The translations under genes were made by a program, and so were the position numbers. The notes beneath the pieces were generated by a model that saw only the letters and a program-made list of their open reading frames with translations, did not search any database and was not told where the DNA came from. Below are positions 47,896 through 57,499 of a stretch of DNA of 64,000 nt, piece by piece (position 1 is the first letter of the stretch; each line of letters opens with the position of its first letter). This DNA is from Sedimentisphaeraceae bacterium JB056 (GTDB lineage: Bacteria; Planctomycetota; Phycisphaerae; Sedimentisphaerales; Sedimentisphaeraceae): positions 192,001-256,000 of the forward strand of contig JBITAJ010000029.1 of the NCBI GenBank assembly GCA_044440125.1. Direction: 5' to 3'.

Positions 47896-48906
47896 ATGGC
47901 AGCAACAGGAATTACAATTAAAGAAGTGGCTCGTTTGGCCGGTGTCAGTTATCCGGTCGTTTCTGCAGTCATGAACAGTAACTTTAAGCACATTCGTGTT
48001 TCGGATGATACCCGCAAACGTGTTGAAGAAGTGATAAGTGCCTGCGATTATTATCCCAACTCTGCTGCCGTTTCTTTAGTCAACAACAGAAGTTGTCACA
48101 TAGGCTTTATGCTTGCTGATCTGGTTACTGATGGCTTCAGTAATGCCTATTTCAGTGGGATTCTGGCAGGAGTCGAGATGGTTTGCAGAGAATCAGGATG
48201 GGGTCTTACAATAAGTTCCTATAATCTTTCAAATATCGATTCTTTCATTTTCCCCGAAAGTGTTGGGCAGAGAGCTGTTGATGGTGTTATTCTGGCCGGT
48301 TTTGTCTGCGAGCATGTGATTGAGCGGTTTAAGCAATCAAGAATTCCAGTTATCTGTATAGATAATGATATGGAGGTTTCCTGTTCTATTCCTACTGCCG
48401 GTACTGATATCACAATAGGTCTGACCAAAGCAGTTACTTATGCACGTCAGCGTGGTCATCAAAGAATCGGTTACTGTATTGAATACGGTGAGAGGGCTTC
48501 AAGAATACGTGATTTGCTTTGCAATGAGGGTATTACTTTCTTTCAAGCCTATGAAGGTCATTCAGATTTTAAGGCCGCAGATAAGCTTTTTAATGACTGG
48601 ATTGATGTTCCGGAAGGTCAAAGGCCTACATTGCTGATGGCAACAGATCAAACATTGGTTGAATTTCTTCGGATAATGGGTAAAAAAGGAATTGAATGTC
48701 CCCAAGATCTTAGTCTTATAAGCAGTTGCGATACTTATCTTTGTGAATATTCAAGTCCTCAGTTAACTGCAATTGATCATAATAACCATGAAATTGGAAG
48801 CAAAAGTGCGGAACTTTTGATATCTTATTTAGAAAACAAAAGCGGAATATCTAATTTTACGAGTACCTGCAGGATCGTAGAGCGAGATTCCGTTGCAAGT
48901 AATTAA
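47896..48906 (+). CDS. LacI family transcriptional regulator, paralog of 46615-47664
   Basis: ITIKEVARLAGVSYPVVSAV; shares YNLSN.D.F.FP..VGQR.VDG and CEY.SP with the upstream LacI. Confidence 0.92.
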   Translation: MAATGITIKEVARLAGVSYPVVSAVMNSNFKHIRVSDDTRKRVEEVISACDYYPNSAAVSLVNNRSCHIGFMLADLVTDGFSNAYFSGILAGVEMVCRESGWGLTISSYNLSNIDSFIFPESVGQRAVDGVILAGFVCEHVIERFKQSRIPVICIDNDMEVSCSIPTAGTDITIGLTKAVTYARQRGHQRIGYCIEYGERASRIRDLLCNEGITFFQAYEGHSDFKAADKLFNDWIDVPEGQRPTLLMATDQTLVEFLRIMGKKGIECPQDLSLISSCDTYLCEYSSPQLTAIDHNNHEIGSKSAELLISYLENKSGISNFTSTCRIVERDSVASN

Positions 48907-48924
48907 TTTTAAAGGAGATTTTTT

Positions 48925-50280
48925 ATGAAAAAGAAGTTTGTGTTAATTCTAATTGCTATGATAAGTATATCTCTGCAAGCTGGAGTTATCGACAATTTTG
49001 ATCGTGACGATTCAAATATTATCGGTAATGGATGGGTTGAAACAGAGTCGGCAGTTGACCGAGTTGATGTCCAGATAAAAGATAATGAGCTTAATTTTGT
49101 TCGCACCGGTGGTGCATCAATAACAACGGCAAATGTTAAGCAATATCTTGATGGTGTCTCTGAGGTTTCTTGCGATATGATATTTGAGCAGGCTTCAGTT
49201 TCTGCTGCTGGTGCTGCTCGTATGTATCTAAGTGCTAAGGATGCTAATGGTGAGCCTATCACTGTAATCGTACGTCCTGATCCCTCAACTACAGTGCAGA
49301 AATTTACTGTCACTTATAAAGGTGTTGATACGTGGTTAAACGTAGATGGTGCAGGTGATTGGCATAATTATAAGATATGTATTAATGATAATGGTAAGAC
49401 GAGAGTTTATGTCGATCGTTCAGAAAAATGGGTTTCTTCAGATGCAGGTCTCGGACTTGCAACCATTGCAGAAATTGGAATGCACCGCGATTGGGAATGG
49501 GTTACATTGAAGGCAGACAACTTTATGGCTATTTCAGATTTACCTGCTGAAGCAATATCTTTTACTGATGATTTCTACAGAAGTGATGCTGATGATGTTG
49601 CTAACGGATGGGTTGAAGATGGTACAACTGCACGAATTAATCCACAGATAAAGGATAATAGATTGAGGCTTGCGAGAGGAACTACTACAGGTAGTGCTAA
49701 CGCTATAGCTTCTATTGGTAGAACTTATGAGTCTGCTGGAACTATAAGTGCTGACATGAAAATGGGATTTCCGGCTGGTAATACATCAAATACAACGTGT
49801 AAATTCCAGGTATCTGATGCTGATGGTACTGTTGTAGAAGCGAAGCTTTACCCAACAGTTGGTGTTACTGAATATCAGTTGATAAGAGTTTTACTGGCCA
49901 ATACAGAAGTGTATTCTGCGAATATTGATAATGCTCTGGCGTTTCATAATTACAAGTTTAGGATATCAGAATCGGGCACAGTTAAATTTTATGTAGACAA
50001 TGAATTGCATTGGCAGAGTGGCGATGGTTCAATGGGACAAAGTGTTAGGACTGATTTCGTATTGGTTCGATGGTGGGAATGGCATTACTTTGATGTTGAT
50101 AATTTCCAGGCATTTGCTTCTGATCAGACTACTTGCTATGATATCATTCAAGATGGGGCTCAGTTTGCTACAGATTTTAATAATGACTGTCTTGTAACAC
50201 TTGATGATTTTGCTACTCTGGCATCTAACTGGATGATTTGTAATGATCCTGAAGGTGTTGGATGTATAACAAACTGGTAA
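48925..50280 (+). CDS. Secreted two-repeat ConA/lectin-like protein with dockerin-like tail
   Basis: Repeats start D.F.R......NGWVE and end R.WEW.....DNF; tail TDFNNDCLVTLDDFATLASNWMICNDP. Confidence 0.65.
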   Translation: MKKKFVLILIAMISISLQAGVIDNFDRDDSNIIGNGWVETESAVDRVDVQIKDNELNFVRTGGASITTANVKQYLDGVSEVSCDMIFEQASVSAAGAARMYLSAKDANGEPITVIVRPDPSTTVQKFTVTYKGVDTWLNVDGAGDWHNYKICINDNGKTRVYVDRSEKWVSSDAGLGLATIAEIGMHRDWEWVTLKADNFMAISDLPAEAISFTDDFYRSDADDVANGWVEDGTTARINPQIKDNRLRLARGTTTGSANAIASIGRTYESAGTISADMKMGFPAGNTSNTTCKFQVSDADGTVVEAKLYPTVGVTEYQLIRVLLANTEVYSANIDNALAFHNYKFRISESGTVKFYVDNELHWQSGDGSMGQSVRTDFVLVRWWEWHYFDVDNFQAFASDQTTCYDIIQDGAQFATDFNNDCLVTLDDFATLASNWMICNDPEGVGCITNW

Positions 50281-50434
50281 TATGATCGTTAATGACTTAA
50301 CCTTGGTGCAAACGGCAAAAAACGGTGTTGTCGCTCAAAACAACTGTTATTGAGCTTGAAATACATACTAAATTTGCGATTTAATATTTTTGGCGGACGC
50401 ATCAAACTTTAACAAAATTTAAGAGGATATTAAT

Positions 50435-51256
50435 ATGAAGATATATATTTCTATTTTTTCCATAATGGTTGTTCTGCTGGCTTTTAGCGGTCATAGCTAT
50501 GGTTACGTATTTAAAGATGATTTCAACAGAGACAATGATCCTAACCTAAATAATGGTTGGGTAGAGACTATCTGGTATGGTGATGATGTAACAAGTGAAA
50601 TTCCACCTGTATTGCAGTTCGATCCTCAATTGGTGAATTCTCAGGGTCAGTTTGTAAGAGTTGGCACAGAAGATACCAGAGTATATGCGACAGTAGCACA
50701 TGATGTTACAGGATTGTATGATATTAGTGTTGACTTGAAACTTTCAAGTGCTAATAATGTGAGTGTCGATGATGCCAGACTTGGCTTGACGGTAATTGAT
50801 GAATCAGATAACAGTTTTTCTGTTGAACTTGGCGGTATAGCAGATCCTAATTTACCTAATCAGGAGACTATTCATATCAGTTACAATGATGTTGAGCAAA
50901 TGACAGGAACAGTTGATGACTATACTGTCTTTAATAACTACAAAATAACAGTGAGTGAAGCCGGCAGCGTAGCAGTATATTTCAATGACCAGCTGCAGAT
51001 GGAAACAATTGACGGTGTGATGGGTGCACTGGTAAGTGCTGAAATCAGTTCTACACGCTGGTGGAGATGGCATGGTTTCTATTTTGACAACTTCCTTGCT
51101 GTCGGAGATATAGAGACATGTGAAGATGTTAAATTGATAGGCAAACAACTTCCTATGGATTTCGACGGTGATTGTGAAGTCGGCCAGGGAGAGCTGGCAG
51201 CTCTGATCGGAGACTGGATGAAGTGTAATGTGCCTTACCAGACAGGATGTGAATAA
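50435..51256 (+). CDS. Secreted single-repeat paralog of 48925-50280 with dockerin-like tail
   Basis: DDFNRDNDPNLNNGWVE...RWWRWHGFYFDNF; tail MDFDGDCEVGQGELAALIGDWMKCNVP. Confidence 0.65.
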   Translation: MKIYISIFSIMVVLLAFSGHSYGYVFKDDFNRDNDPNLNNGWVETIWYGDDVTSEIPPVLQFDPQLVNSQGQFVRVGTEDTRVYATVAHDVTGLYDISVDLKLSSANNVSVDDARLGLTVIDESDNSFSVELGGIADPNLPNQETIHISYNDVEQMTGTVDDYTVFNNYKITVSEAGSVAVYFNDQLQMETIDGVMGALVSAEISSTRWWRWHGFYFDNFLAVGDIETCEDVKLIGKQLPMDFDGDCEVGQGELAALIGDWMKCNVPYQTGCE

Positions 51257-51269
51257 AAGAGAATGATAC

Positions 51270-51306
51270 GTTTTGGTGTGAGGAGGTATTCTTCTCACGC
51301 CAAAAC
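51270..51306 (+). other. Intergenic stem-loop upstream of prepilin gene
   Basis: GTTTTGGTGTGAGGAG ... CTTCTCACGCCAAAAC with G-U pairs. Confidence 0.7.
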
Positions 51307-51325
51307 AGACTTAGCTGGAGCGAAC

Positions 51326-51976
51326 ATGAAAAAGAGAGCGTTTACATTAATAGAGCTTTTGGTTGTTATTTCCATCATTGCTATTTTGATGGCAGTAATG
51401 ATACCGGCATTGGGGCGTGCGAGAGAATCTGCCAAGTCAGTTGTATGCAGGGCAAACTTAAAGCAGATAGGAGTTGTACTTGGATTGTATGGTGAGGATT
51501 ACAACAATAAACTGCCTTATCCCAAGCAATTTTCTAATTGGATGTCATGGTATACAATGGAAGGTAAGTATGTGGAAGCCTTAACCCCTTATGTTGGAAA
51601 AGAGGGTTCAGATACTAAATATGGCTCAGATGATGAAGGTCAAAGCTTAATATTTAAGTGCGCCAATGATCCTATTGGAGATAACCTGGGTTTTGATCAG
51701 CCTTACCACAGGTCAAGCTATGCCTTTACTTACAACTACAGGGGAACCCCTCTGTCAGGTCCTACATGTACTTGTGGTGATCCTGACTGGGATTGGCATA
51801 TAAGTTCTACGTCTCTTGCTAAGACTGTTTTGTATACAGAGGCAGGGCTTATTGAGGATGGCGGACCACTTAAAAGTTGGCATTCAGGTAAAAAGAATTA
51901 TCTTTTTGCTGATATGCATGCTAAAGATTATGGTGTTGAAGAGGTTGTCAAAGATTTTAATTATTACCGCCAATAA
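51326..51976 (+). CDS. Prepilin-type N-terminal methylation / H-X9-DG-like protein
   Basis: [55 protein letters not shown]. Confidence 0.9.
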   Translation: MKKRAFTLIELLVVISIIAILMAVMIPALGRARESAKSVVCRANLKQIGVVLGLYGEDYNNKLPYPKQFSNWMSWYTMEGKYVEALTPYVGKEGSDTKYGSDDEGQSLIFKCANDPIGDNLGFDQPYHRSSYAFTYNYRGTPLSGPTCTCGDPDWDWHISSTSLAKTVLYTEAGLIEDGGPLKSWHSGKKNYLFADMHAKDYGVEEVVKDFNYYRQ

Positions 51977-51996
51977 TTTGACTTTAGAGGAATTTA

Positions 51997-54009
51997 ATGT
52001 CCAAAATATGTGCATCTATAATTTTCGTTTGCGGTGTTGCTTTAGCCGCGACTGTAACTAATTGTTCAGAAGTATGGGCAAATGGTTATGGACTCAAAGG
52101 TGATATTAACAAAGATTGTGTTGTTGATATTACGGATATTGACTTTTTGCTTTCTGACTGGCTCAAATGTAATGATCCTTCATTGGGTTGTAGTGATATT
52201 TCAAATGTTAATTCTGTAAAAAATATTTTAACAGATGAGGATAGTTCTACTTATATAACAGTAACCTCTGATTGGCAGACATTTTACTATGATCAGGGCA
52301 ATGCAGAACTTATTAATCTGAGGGTTGATATAGATGCAGATTCAGCAGGCAGTTTAGAGGTTGAACTTGATGATGTCATGGTTCTTGCTATAGATTACGA
52401 TGCCGGAGAAAACGAATACAGTTTGAGATTGCCTTACAGCAAGACAAATAATATAAAGCTGAGAAGTTTGAATCAGGATATTGCTATTCCGGAACTTTAT
52501 TTGGAGAAGAGGACAGGAGTTAGTATTGATTGGCCGACTACAGGAGTAGAAAGCTCGTCTGTTACTGTTACTGTTGAGTCTGACAGTACAGCATCAAGCA
52601 CTATTCCTTTTGGTGTGATGTGTAACTGGTTTTCACGTGGAGTGGTAGAAGGGATAACTGACTCTGATACAAAGACTGAGCTTATTTCAAAATTTGGTGA
52701 GCTTGGAGTTTCCGCATGGCGTTATCCAGGCGGCACAATGACTTATGGATATCCCCCAACTCAGCAAGCAATACAGGTTTATAAAGATGCGGGTATGGGG
52801 CAGTATGCTTACGGCCTGAATAAAGAACCATTATACTGGTCGAGTCCGGAGGACTTTTTCGCATTTTGTAAAGATGCCGGTATTACTGCCTGGTACGAAA
52901 TTAATCCTGGATTCTGGTATGATTCGGTAAATAAGCAGGTTCTCAAGACAGTTCCTATGGATGGCAGGGGTGATATAATGGCTGCAGATAATCTTGATGC
53001 TGCAGTTGCGGATGCTGTTGCGATGGCTCAATATGCCGATTCGCTTGGAGTGGATGTAGTATGGGAAATTGGTAATGAAGACTATGTGTATTACACAGCA
53101 GAAACTTATGCCAATTTATGCCAAGCCTTTATAAATGGAATACGTGCGGTATTGCCTGACGCTAAGTTTGCCGCTTGCGGTGATGGTTACAGTTGGTCTG
53201 ATCATTCCTTTGCGGATGCATTTAAAGAGGCAATGTCAGCAAAAACGATTACCGGTATATTAGATTACTCAAGTGAACACCTTTACCTTTCAGGTGTTGG
53301 CTATACAGACAGTACCGGCTGGCATGAGTTTGATTGGTATACGCCATCAGGGCATGGTGATGCTGCTGTTGCTGCGTGGCCGATAATCAGGCCTCAATAT
53401 TTTAATTCGATGTCAGATTGGGCGGATGTTGGTTACACGGATACTAAGCTTGCTATGACAGAGTTTAATACGAGAGGGATTAAGGATATTGTGGCTGAGA
53501 CAGAGCATTCAGTAGGCCGTGCGCTTGGAGAGGCCGTAACTGTGGTCAATATGCTTAATGAAGGAACAAGTTGTATTTTTACTCATGACCTCGTTCGCTC
53601 TTCTCCTGATGCTACATTCTATGCCCGTCTGGACTATTATCCTGAAAACTCTGCGGGAAGAAAGTATTTCATGTATCCAGAGGCGAGGACGGTAGGACTT
53701 ACTTCACTTCACGGTAAGGGAAATATTCTTTACAATTCAGGCGGCATTACTGTCAGCAGGCATTCTGATTTTGTTTATCTGACAGTTGTAAACCGTGATG
53801 ATGTTTACAAGGCCACTACTTTCTATTTGTCGGGTATCTCATTTCAGGAAGGTGTGAGTGCTGATGTTAGTGAATTTCGTGCCGCGGCAGAAGAATGCTG
53901 TTTCTTTGATTATTATTATCAAGAATCGCAAACAGATATCAGCTCTTCAGCTGTAAACGTCAAGTCTTATCCATTTAGTGTAAAAGCATATAAGATATAT
54001 GTTAATTAA
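51997..54009 (+). CDS. Secreted clan GH-A glycoside hydrolase (GH79/GH51/GH44-like) with N-terminal dockerin-like motif
   Basis: WRYPGG, WEIGNE (acid/base), AMTEFN (nucleophile); GDINKDCVVDITDIDFLLSDWLKCNDP directly after the signal peptide. Confidence 0.75.
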   Translation: MSKICASIIFVCGVALAATVTNCSEVWANGYGLKGDINKDCVVDITDIDFLLSDWLKCNDPSLGCSDISNVNSVKNILTDEDSSTYITVTSDWQTFYYDQGNAELINLRVDIDADSAGSLEVELDDVMVLAIDYDAGENEYSLRLPYSKTNNIKLRSLNQDIAIPELYLEKRTGVSIDWPTTGVESSSVTVTVESDSTASSTIPFGVMCNWFSRGVVEGITDSDTKTELISKFGELGVSAWRYPGGTMTYGYPPTQQAIQVYKDAGMGQYAYGLNKEPLYWSSPEDFFAFCKDAGITAWYEINPGFWYDSVNKQVLKTVPMDGRGDIMAADNLDAAVADAVAMAQYADSLGVDVVWEIGNEDYVYYTAETYANLCQAFINGIRAVLPDAKFAACGDGYSWSDHSFADAFKEAMSAKTITGILDYSSEHLYLSGVGYTDSTGWHEFDWYTPSGHGDAAVAAWPIIRPQYFNSMSDWADVGYTDTKLAMTEFNTRGIKDIVAETEHSVGRALGEAVTVVNMLNEGTSCIFTHDLVRSSPDATFYARLDYYPENSAGRKYFMYPEARTVGLTSLHGKGNILYNSGGITVSRHSDFVYLTVVNRDDVYKATTFYLSGISFQEGVSADVSEFRAAAEECCFFDYYYQESQTDISSSAVNVKSYPFSVKAYKIYVN

Positions 54010-54029
54010 GGTTCAGGTTTAAGGAAATT

Positions 54030-57000
54030 ATGTTTAAGTCAATAAGAATTATTTGTATAATTTCACTCATATTAATTTCAAGGTCGTTTGCCAAGACAAT
54101 ATATGTACCTGTTGATATAAGTAAGCAATGCACTGCTGCCAATTATGATGAGGTTGCAGGTGACAAGAAAGGCGGCTGGACAGATCAAGGGCCTGGAAAT
54201 GATTTTTCGAATCTTCCTGTAGGCAAGCAGGTTTTCAATGATATTCCGTTTAACATCCTCAGCGCAGAGGAAAATGACGGCAAAAACTGTATAGTACTTA
54301 ATATTGACGAGTTTGTTCCTGATTTTGTGAAGAATATCAAGGTTCAAAGATCGAATGTTAAAAACATATATTTTCTTCATGCTTCTGCTTACAACGGCAA
54401 TGTAGGTGATTCAGGCAAGTATGTCATGAATTTTCGTTACAGCGGGAAGGAATACGAGGAAAGAATTGAACGCGTAAGGATGGGGTATGTTTCAGAAAAT
54501 ATTCTGTTTTATCCTGTTGAAGCACCTCTTGTCAGCCCGATGAATATGGCTGACTGGTGGGGGTGTGTCAAAGACCTTCCAGATGCCAAGGTTGCCTGGA
54601 GAGGATCGATACCATCGTGTCCAAAAGTCGGAATACTAAATTATAAGTGGACAAATCCAAATCCTCAGGAGTACATTGAATCGATAGATTTTTATGGTCC
54701 TACTAAAACTAATGTAGTGCCTATACTTTTGGCGGTGACACTTGAGATTGAACAGCGTGATTTTGTTGTGTCTAAAGATGAACAAAAATTATATTACAAT
54801 ACGCTCAATGGTATAACAGAGCTTGAAGATAAGCTTAAGGGCTCGGTTGAAAAGTTTAAGTCAGATATATCAGGTTCTTCAGATAAACGCCTTGTTGAAA
54901 AATTGAATGAATTACTTCCTGTTGTTATATCTTATTCGGAAGATGGTGCCTCAAGTCTTGAAGGTCTCAAATCTGAGTTAGAGACTTTCAGGACTTTAGC
55001 TGAGACAGACACCAATGTTTCTTTTGTTTCATATGTTGGAAAACTAAGAGAAGTTTCCAGTATGATTGATGATAAGATTGCTAATGTTAAAGGGCGTCTC
55101 ACAGATATCTATGATGATATAATTAAGAACAATTTTAATACGGCAGCTTCAGTTCTGAGCGAAACAAAAAAGATACTGGTTTCTAAGAATGGATACAGTG
55201 CAAGGGTGAGTGAACTGTTTGCCGATGCCTCTCAGACATATCTTGATGATAAACCAACAAATGAACGTCATGCCTATACTAATAGTAAGAACGCCGTTTA
55301 CTGGGCAGAGAAAGCCCTGGCTCGTGCAAAGGCAGCAAATACTAATGAGATTATTTTTCCTGCAGTGAAAGAAGAGCTTCCTCCAACTGTAGAAATTTCC
55401 AATTCAGTTCGAGCAAAGATATGCCTCAATGGGAAATGGCAGGTTGCCAAAGGCAGTGGTGATGCATATCCTTCTGATGGTTGGTTTGAAATGAATGTGC
55501 CTCACTCAGGATGGAGCAACGGAAAAGGATGGAGAAGTGAATTCGATTCCGTTGAACTTTTCTATGGTATTAAATGGACCAAGGATGAACATTCGGCTTG
55601 GTATAAGACTGGTTTTGCTGTTCCAAGTATAGATGAAAATTATGTACTTGAGCTTGAGTTTAAGCGTGTGTGGCATTATTCCGAGGTGTATGCTAACGGT
55701 ATTTACTGCGGCAATAATATTGGCGGTAATCATAGATTCTTTGTAGATGTTACTCCAGCATTGGAAGTTAATCCTTCAGAGATTGAACTGGTCGTTTATG
55801 TTGAAGATACAACACTGACGGAACTTGAAGACGGCACAAATATCTTTGCTACGGGAGCTCAGGGAAGTGTGCAGCAGGGTGGAATCAGTGATGATGTATT
55901 TCTGCATATAAGAAATAAGACTGCTATCAAAGATCCTTTTATTCAAACTTCATACATGCAAAAAGAAGTAGCTGTTTCATGTGATGTGCTGAATTACAGT
56001 GAACCTTGCAGTGTTAAAGTAAGAATCGAGGATGAAGGGGAAGTTGTAAAAGACCTGGGCGTTCTCAATCGCGGAGCAGAAGGCTTGTTTGCGGCAAATG
56101 AAAAATGGGAATCTCCTGCGCTTTGGGCTCCTTCAGAGCCTTGGGGTCAACCCGGTAAACTGTATACCGCTGTTTACGAGTTGTACTCCGATGATGCTTT
56201 GGTTGATAAATTGGAAGTACCGTTTGGCTTTAGGGAATTTTATATTCAGGGTGATAAATTTTATCTTAACGGTAAACCTATTTTTCTACAGGGCGATCAT
56301 ATAGATGTTGTCAGTAATGGTGGATTCTCTTTCAGAAATCCAACCTATCTTACTCATTATCTTAATATCTGTCGCGGTGCAAATGTTAATTTTATCAGAA
56401 CACACTGCAATGAGCCTCCTGAATGGTGGTGGGATATCGCCGATGAGCTTGGTATGATGTTTGAATCGCACAATCATATAATGCATGGTACATGGAAGGT
56501 TGTGCCGGATAAAAACTGGACAGATCCTGTATGGAAGAAAAATATGCAGGCATACTTTAAGTCTGTCGTGACAGAGTTCAGGAATCATCCTTCGATTGTT
56601 ATGTGGGTTCCTACTAATGAGATATTTGCAGGTAGAGTGAATGACCCTTCATGGGATGAGGCCATTGCTTTCTGGCAGGATATTGATAAGTTCATAAAAA
56701 AGATAGATCCTACAAGACCATTACATCATCATGGTTCACAGGGGATATCAGGACTTGAAAAGTATCCATTTGAAATTGCTTCTCTTCACTATGGACAGGA
56801 TTCTGACACGAAATCATTCTCCGAGCTTTATCCTGGAGTACCAACATTTTTCTCTGAGTTTCAGGACCTTGACCTGATGCGAAGGACCAGTAGAGATGCC
56901 GGAGAGAAATATCAGGAGGCCCTTGATTTGCTTTCGGCCTATCTTACGAATAAGATTTCTCTTTGTAAGGAGAACGGTATTGCAGGAACATCACCTTATC

Positions 57001-57467
57001 AGATAATAACATGGGTTGCTCTTGATAAGACGTTTGCTAAAACGCTTAAAGATGATCAGCTCAAGGTTAATTGGCCTACAAGCTCAGGAATAGGAGTCAA
57101 GACAGATATCATCAGGCACCCAACTATATACTGGCAGAAAGAGGATGTACCGGTTTGCAAGCGTACTTCGCTGTATTATGATTGGGGTGCCGTACACAAT
57201 GAGATGGATCCGTTGAAACAGGTTTGGCCGCTTCAGGTTTATGTTAAGGGTGCTCAGCCTGGTGAGATAGTATACGCTTTCGCAGCCGATGGAATAGCTG
57301 AAGGTGTAAAGGCGGATTCAAACGGTAATGCCCTGTTCTTCTTGACGGCAGAAGGGGCGTATGAGTTTAAGTCAAAAGAAAACGATATTAAAGTGGAACT
57401 GATGAGAAAGCCATATCAGGAGATAGGCGGTTTTGGTCATTGGATAACAATAGAATTGGATAAGTAG
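54030..57467 (+). CDS. Secreted GH2-family glycoside hydrolase with N-terminal accessory domains
   Basis: LNGKW, PFGFRE...FYLNGKPIFLQG, NFIRTH, ADELG, RNHPSIVMW...NE. Confidence 0.8.
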   Translation: MFKSIRIICIISLILISRSFAKTIYVPVDISKQCTAANYDEVAGDKKGGWTDQGPGNDFSNLPVGKQVFNDIPFNILSAEENDGKNCIVLNIDEFVPDFVKNIKVQRSNVKNIYFLHASAYNGNVGDSGKYVMNFRYSGKEYEERIERVRMGYVSENILFYPVEAPLVSPMNMADWWGCVKDLPDAKVAWRGSIPSCPKVGILNYKWTNPNPQEYIESIDFYGPTKTNVVPILLAVTLEIEQRDFVVSKDEQKLYYNTLNGITELEDKLKGSVEKFKSDISGSSDKRLVEKLNELLPVVISYSEDGASSLEGLKSELETFRTLAETDTNVSFVSYVGKLREVSSMIDDKIANVKGRLTDIYDDIIKNNFNTAASVLSETKKILVSKNGYSARVSELFADASQTYLDDKPTNERHAYTNSKNAVYWAEKALARAKAANTNEIIFPAVKEELPPTVEISNSVRAKICLNGKWQVAKGSGDAYPSDGWFEMNVPHSGWSNGKGWRSEFDSVELFYGIKWTKDEHSAWYKTGFAVPSIDENYVLELEFKRVWHYSEVYANGIYCGNNIGGNHRFFVDVTPALEVNPSEIELVVYVEDTTLTELEDGTNIFATGAQGSVQQGGISDDVFLHIRNKTAIKDPFIQTSYMQKEVAVSCDVLNYSEPCSVKVRIEDEGEVVKDLGVLNRGAEGLFAANEKWESPALWAPSEPWGQPGKLYTAVYELYSDDALVDKLEVPFGFREFYIQGDKFYLNGKPIFLQGDHIDVVSNGGFSFRNPTYLTHYLNICRGANVNFIRTHCNEPPEWWWDIADELGMMFESHNHIMHGTWKVVPDKNWTDPVWKKNMQAYFKSVVTEFRNHPSIVMWVPTNEIFAGRVNDPSWDEAIAFWQDIDKFIKKIDPTRPLHHHGSQGISGLEKYPFEIASLHYGQDSDTKSFSELYPGVPTFFSEFQDLDLMRRTSRDAGEKYQEALDLLSAYLTNKISLCKENGIAGTSPYQIITWVALDKTFAKTLKDDQLKVNWPTSSGIGVKTDIIRHPTIYWQKEDVPVCKRTSLYYDWGAVHNEMDPLKQVWPLQVYVKGAQPGEIVYAFAADGIAEGVKADSNGNALFFLTAEGAYEFKSKENDIKVELMRKPYQEIGGFGHWITIELDK

Positions 57468-57499
57468 TAAGCAGCGATACTTTGTTTTAGGATTTTGAA

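Noticed and set aside
12983..54009. Canonical cellulosome
   Set aside because: No cohesin or scaffoldin was recognised, and the tags have only one dockerin repeat.
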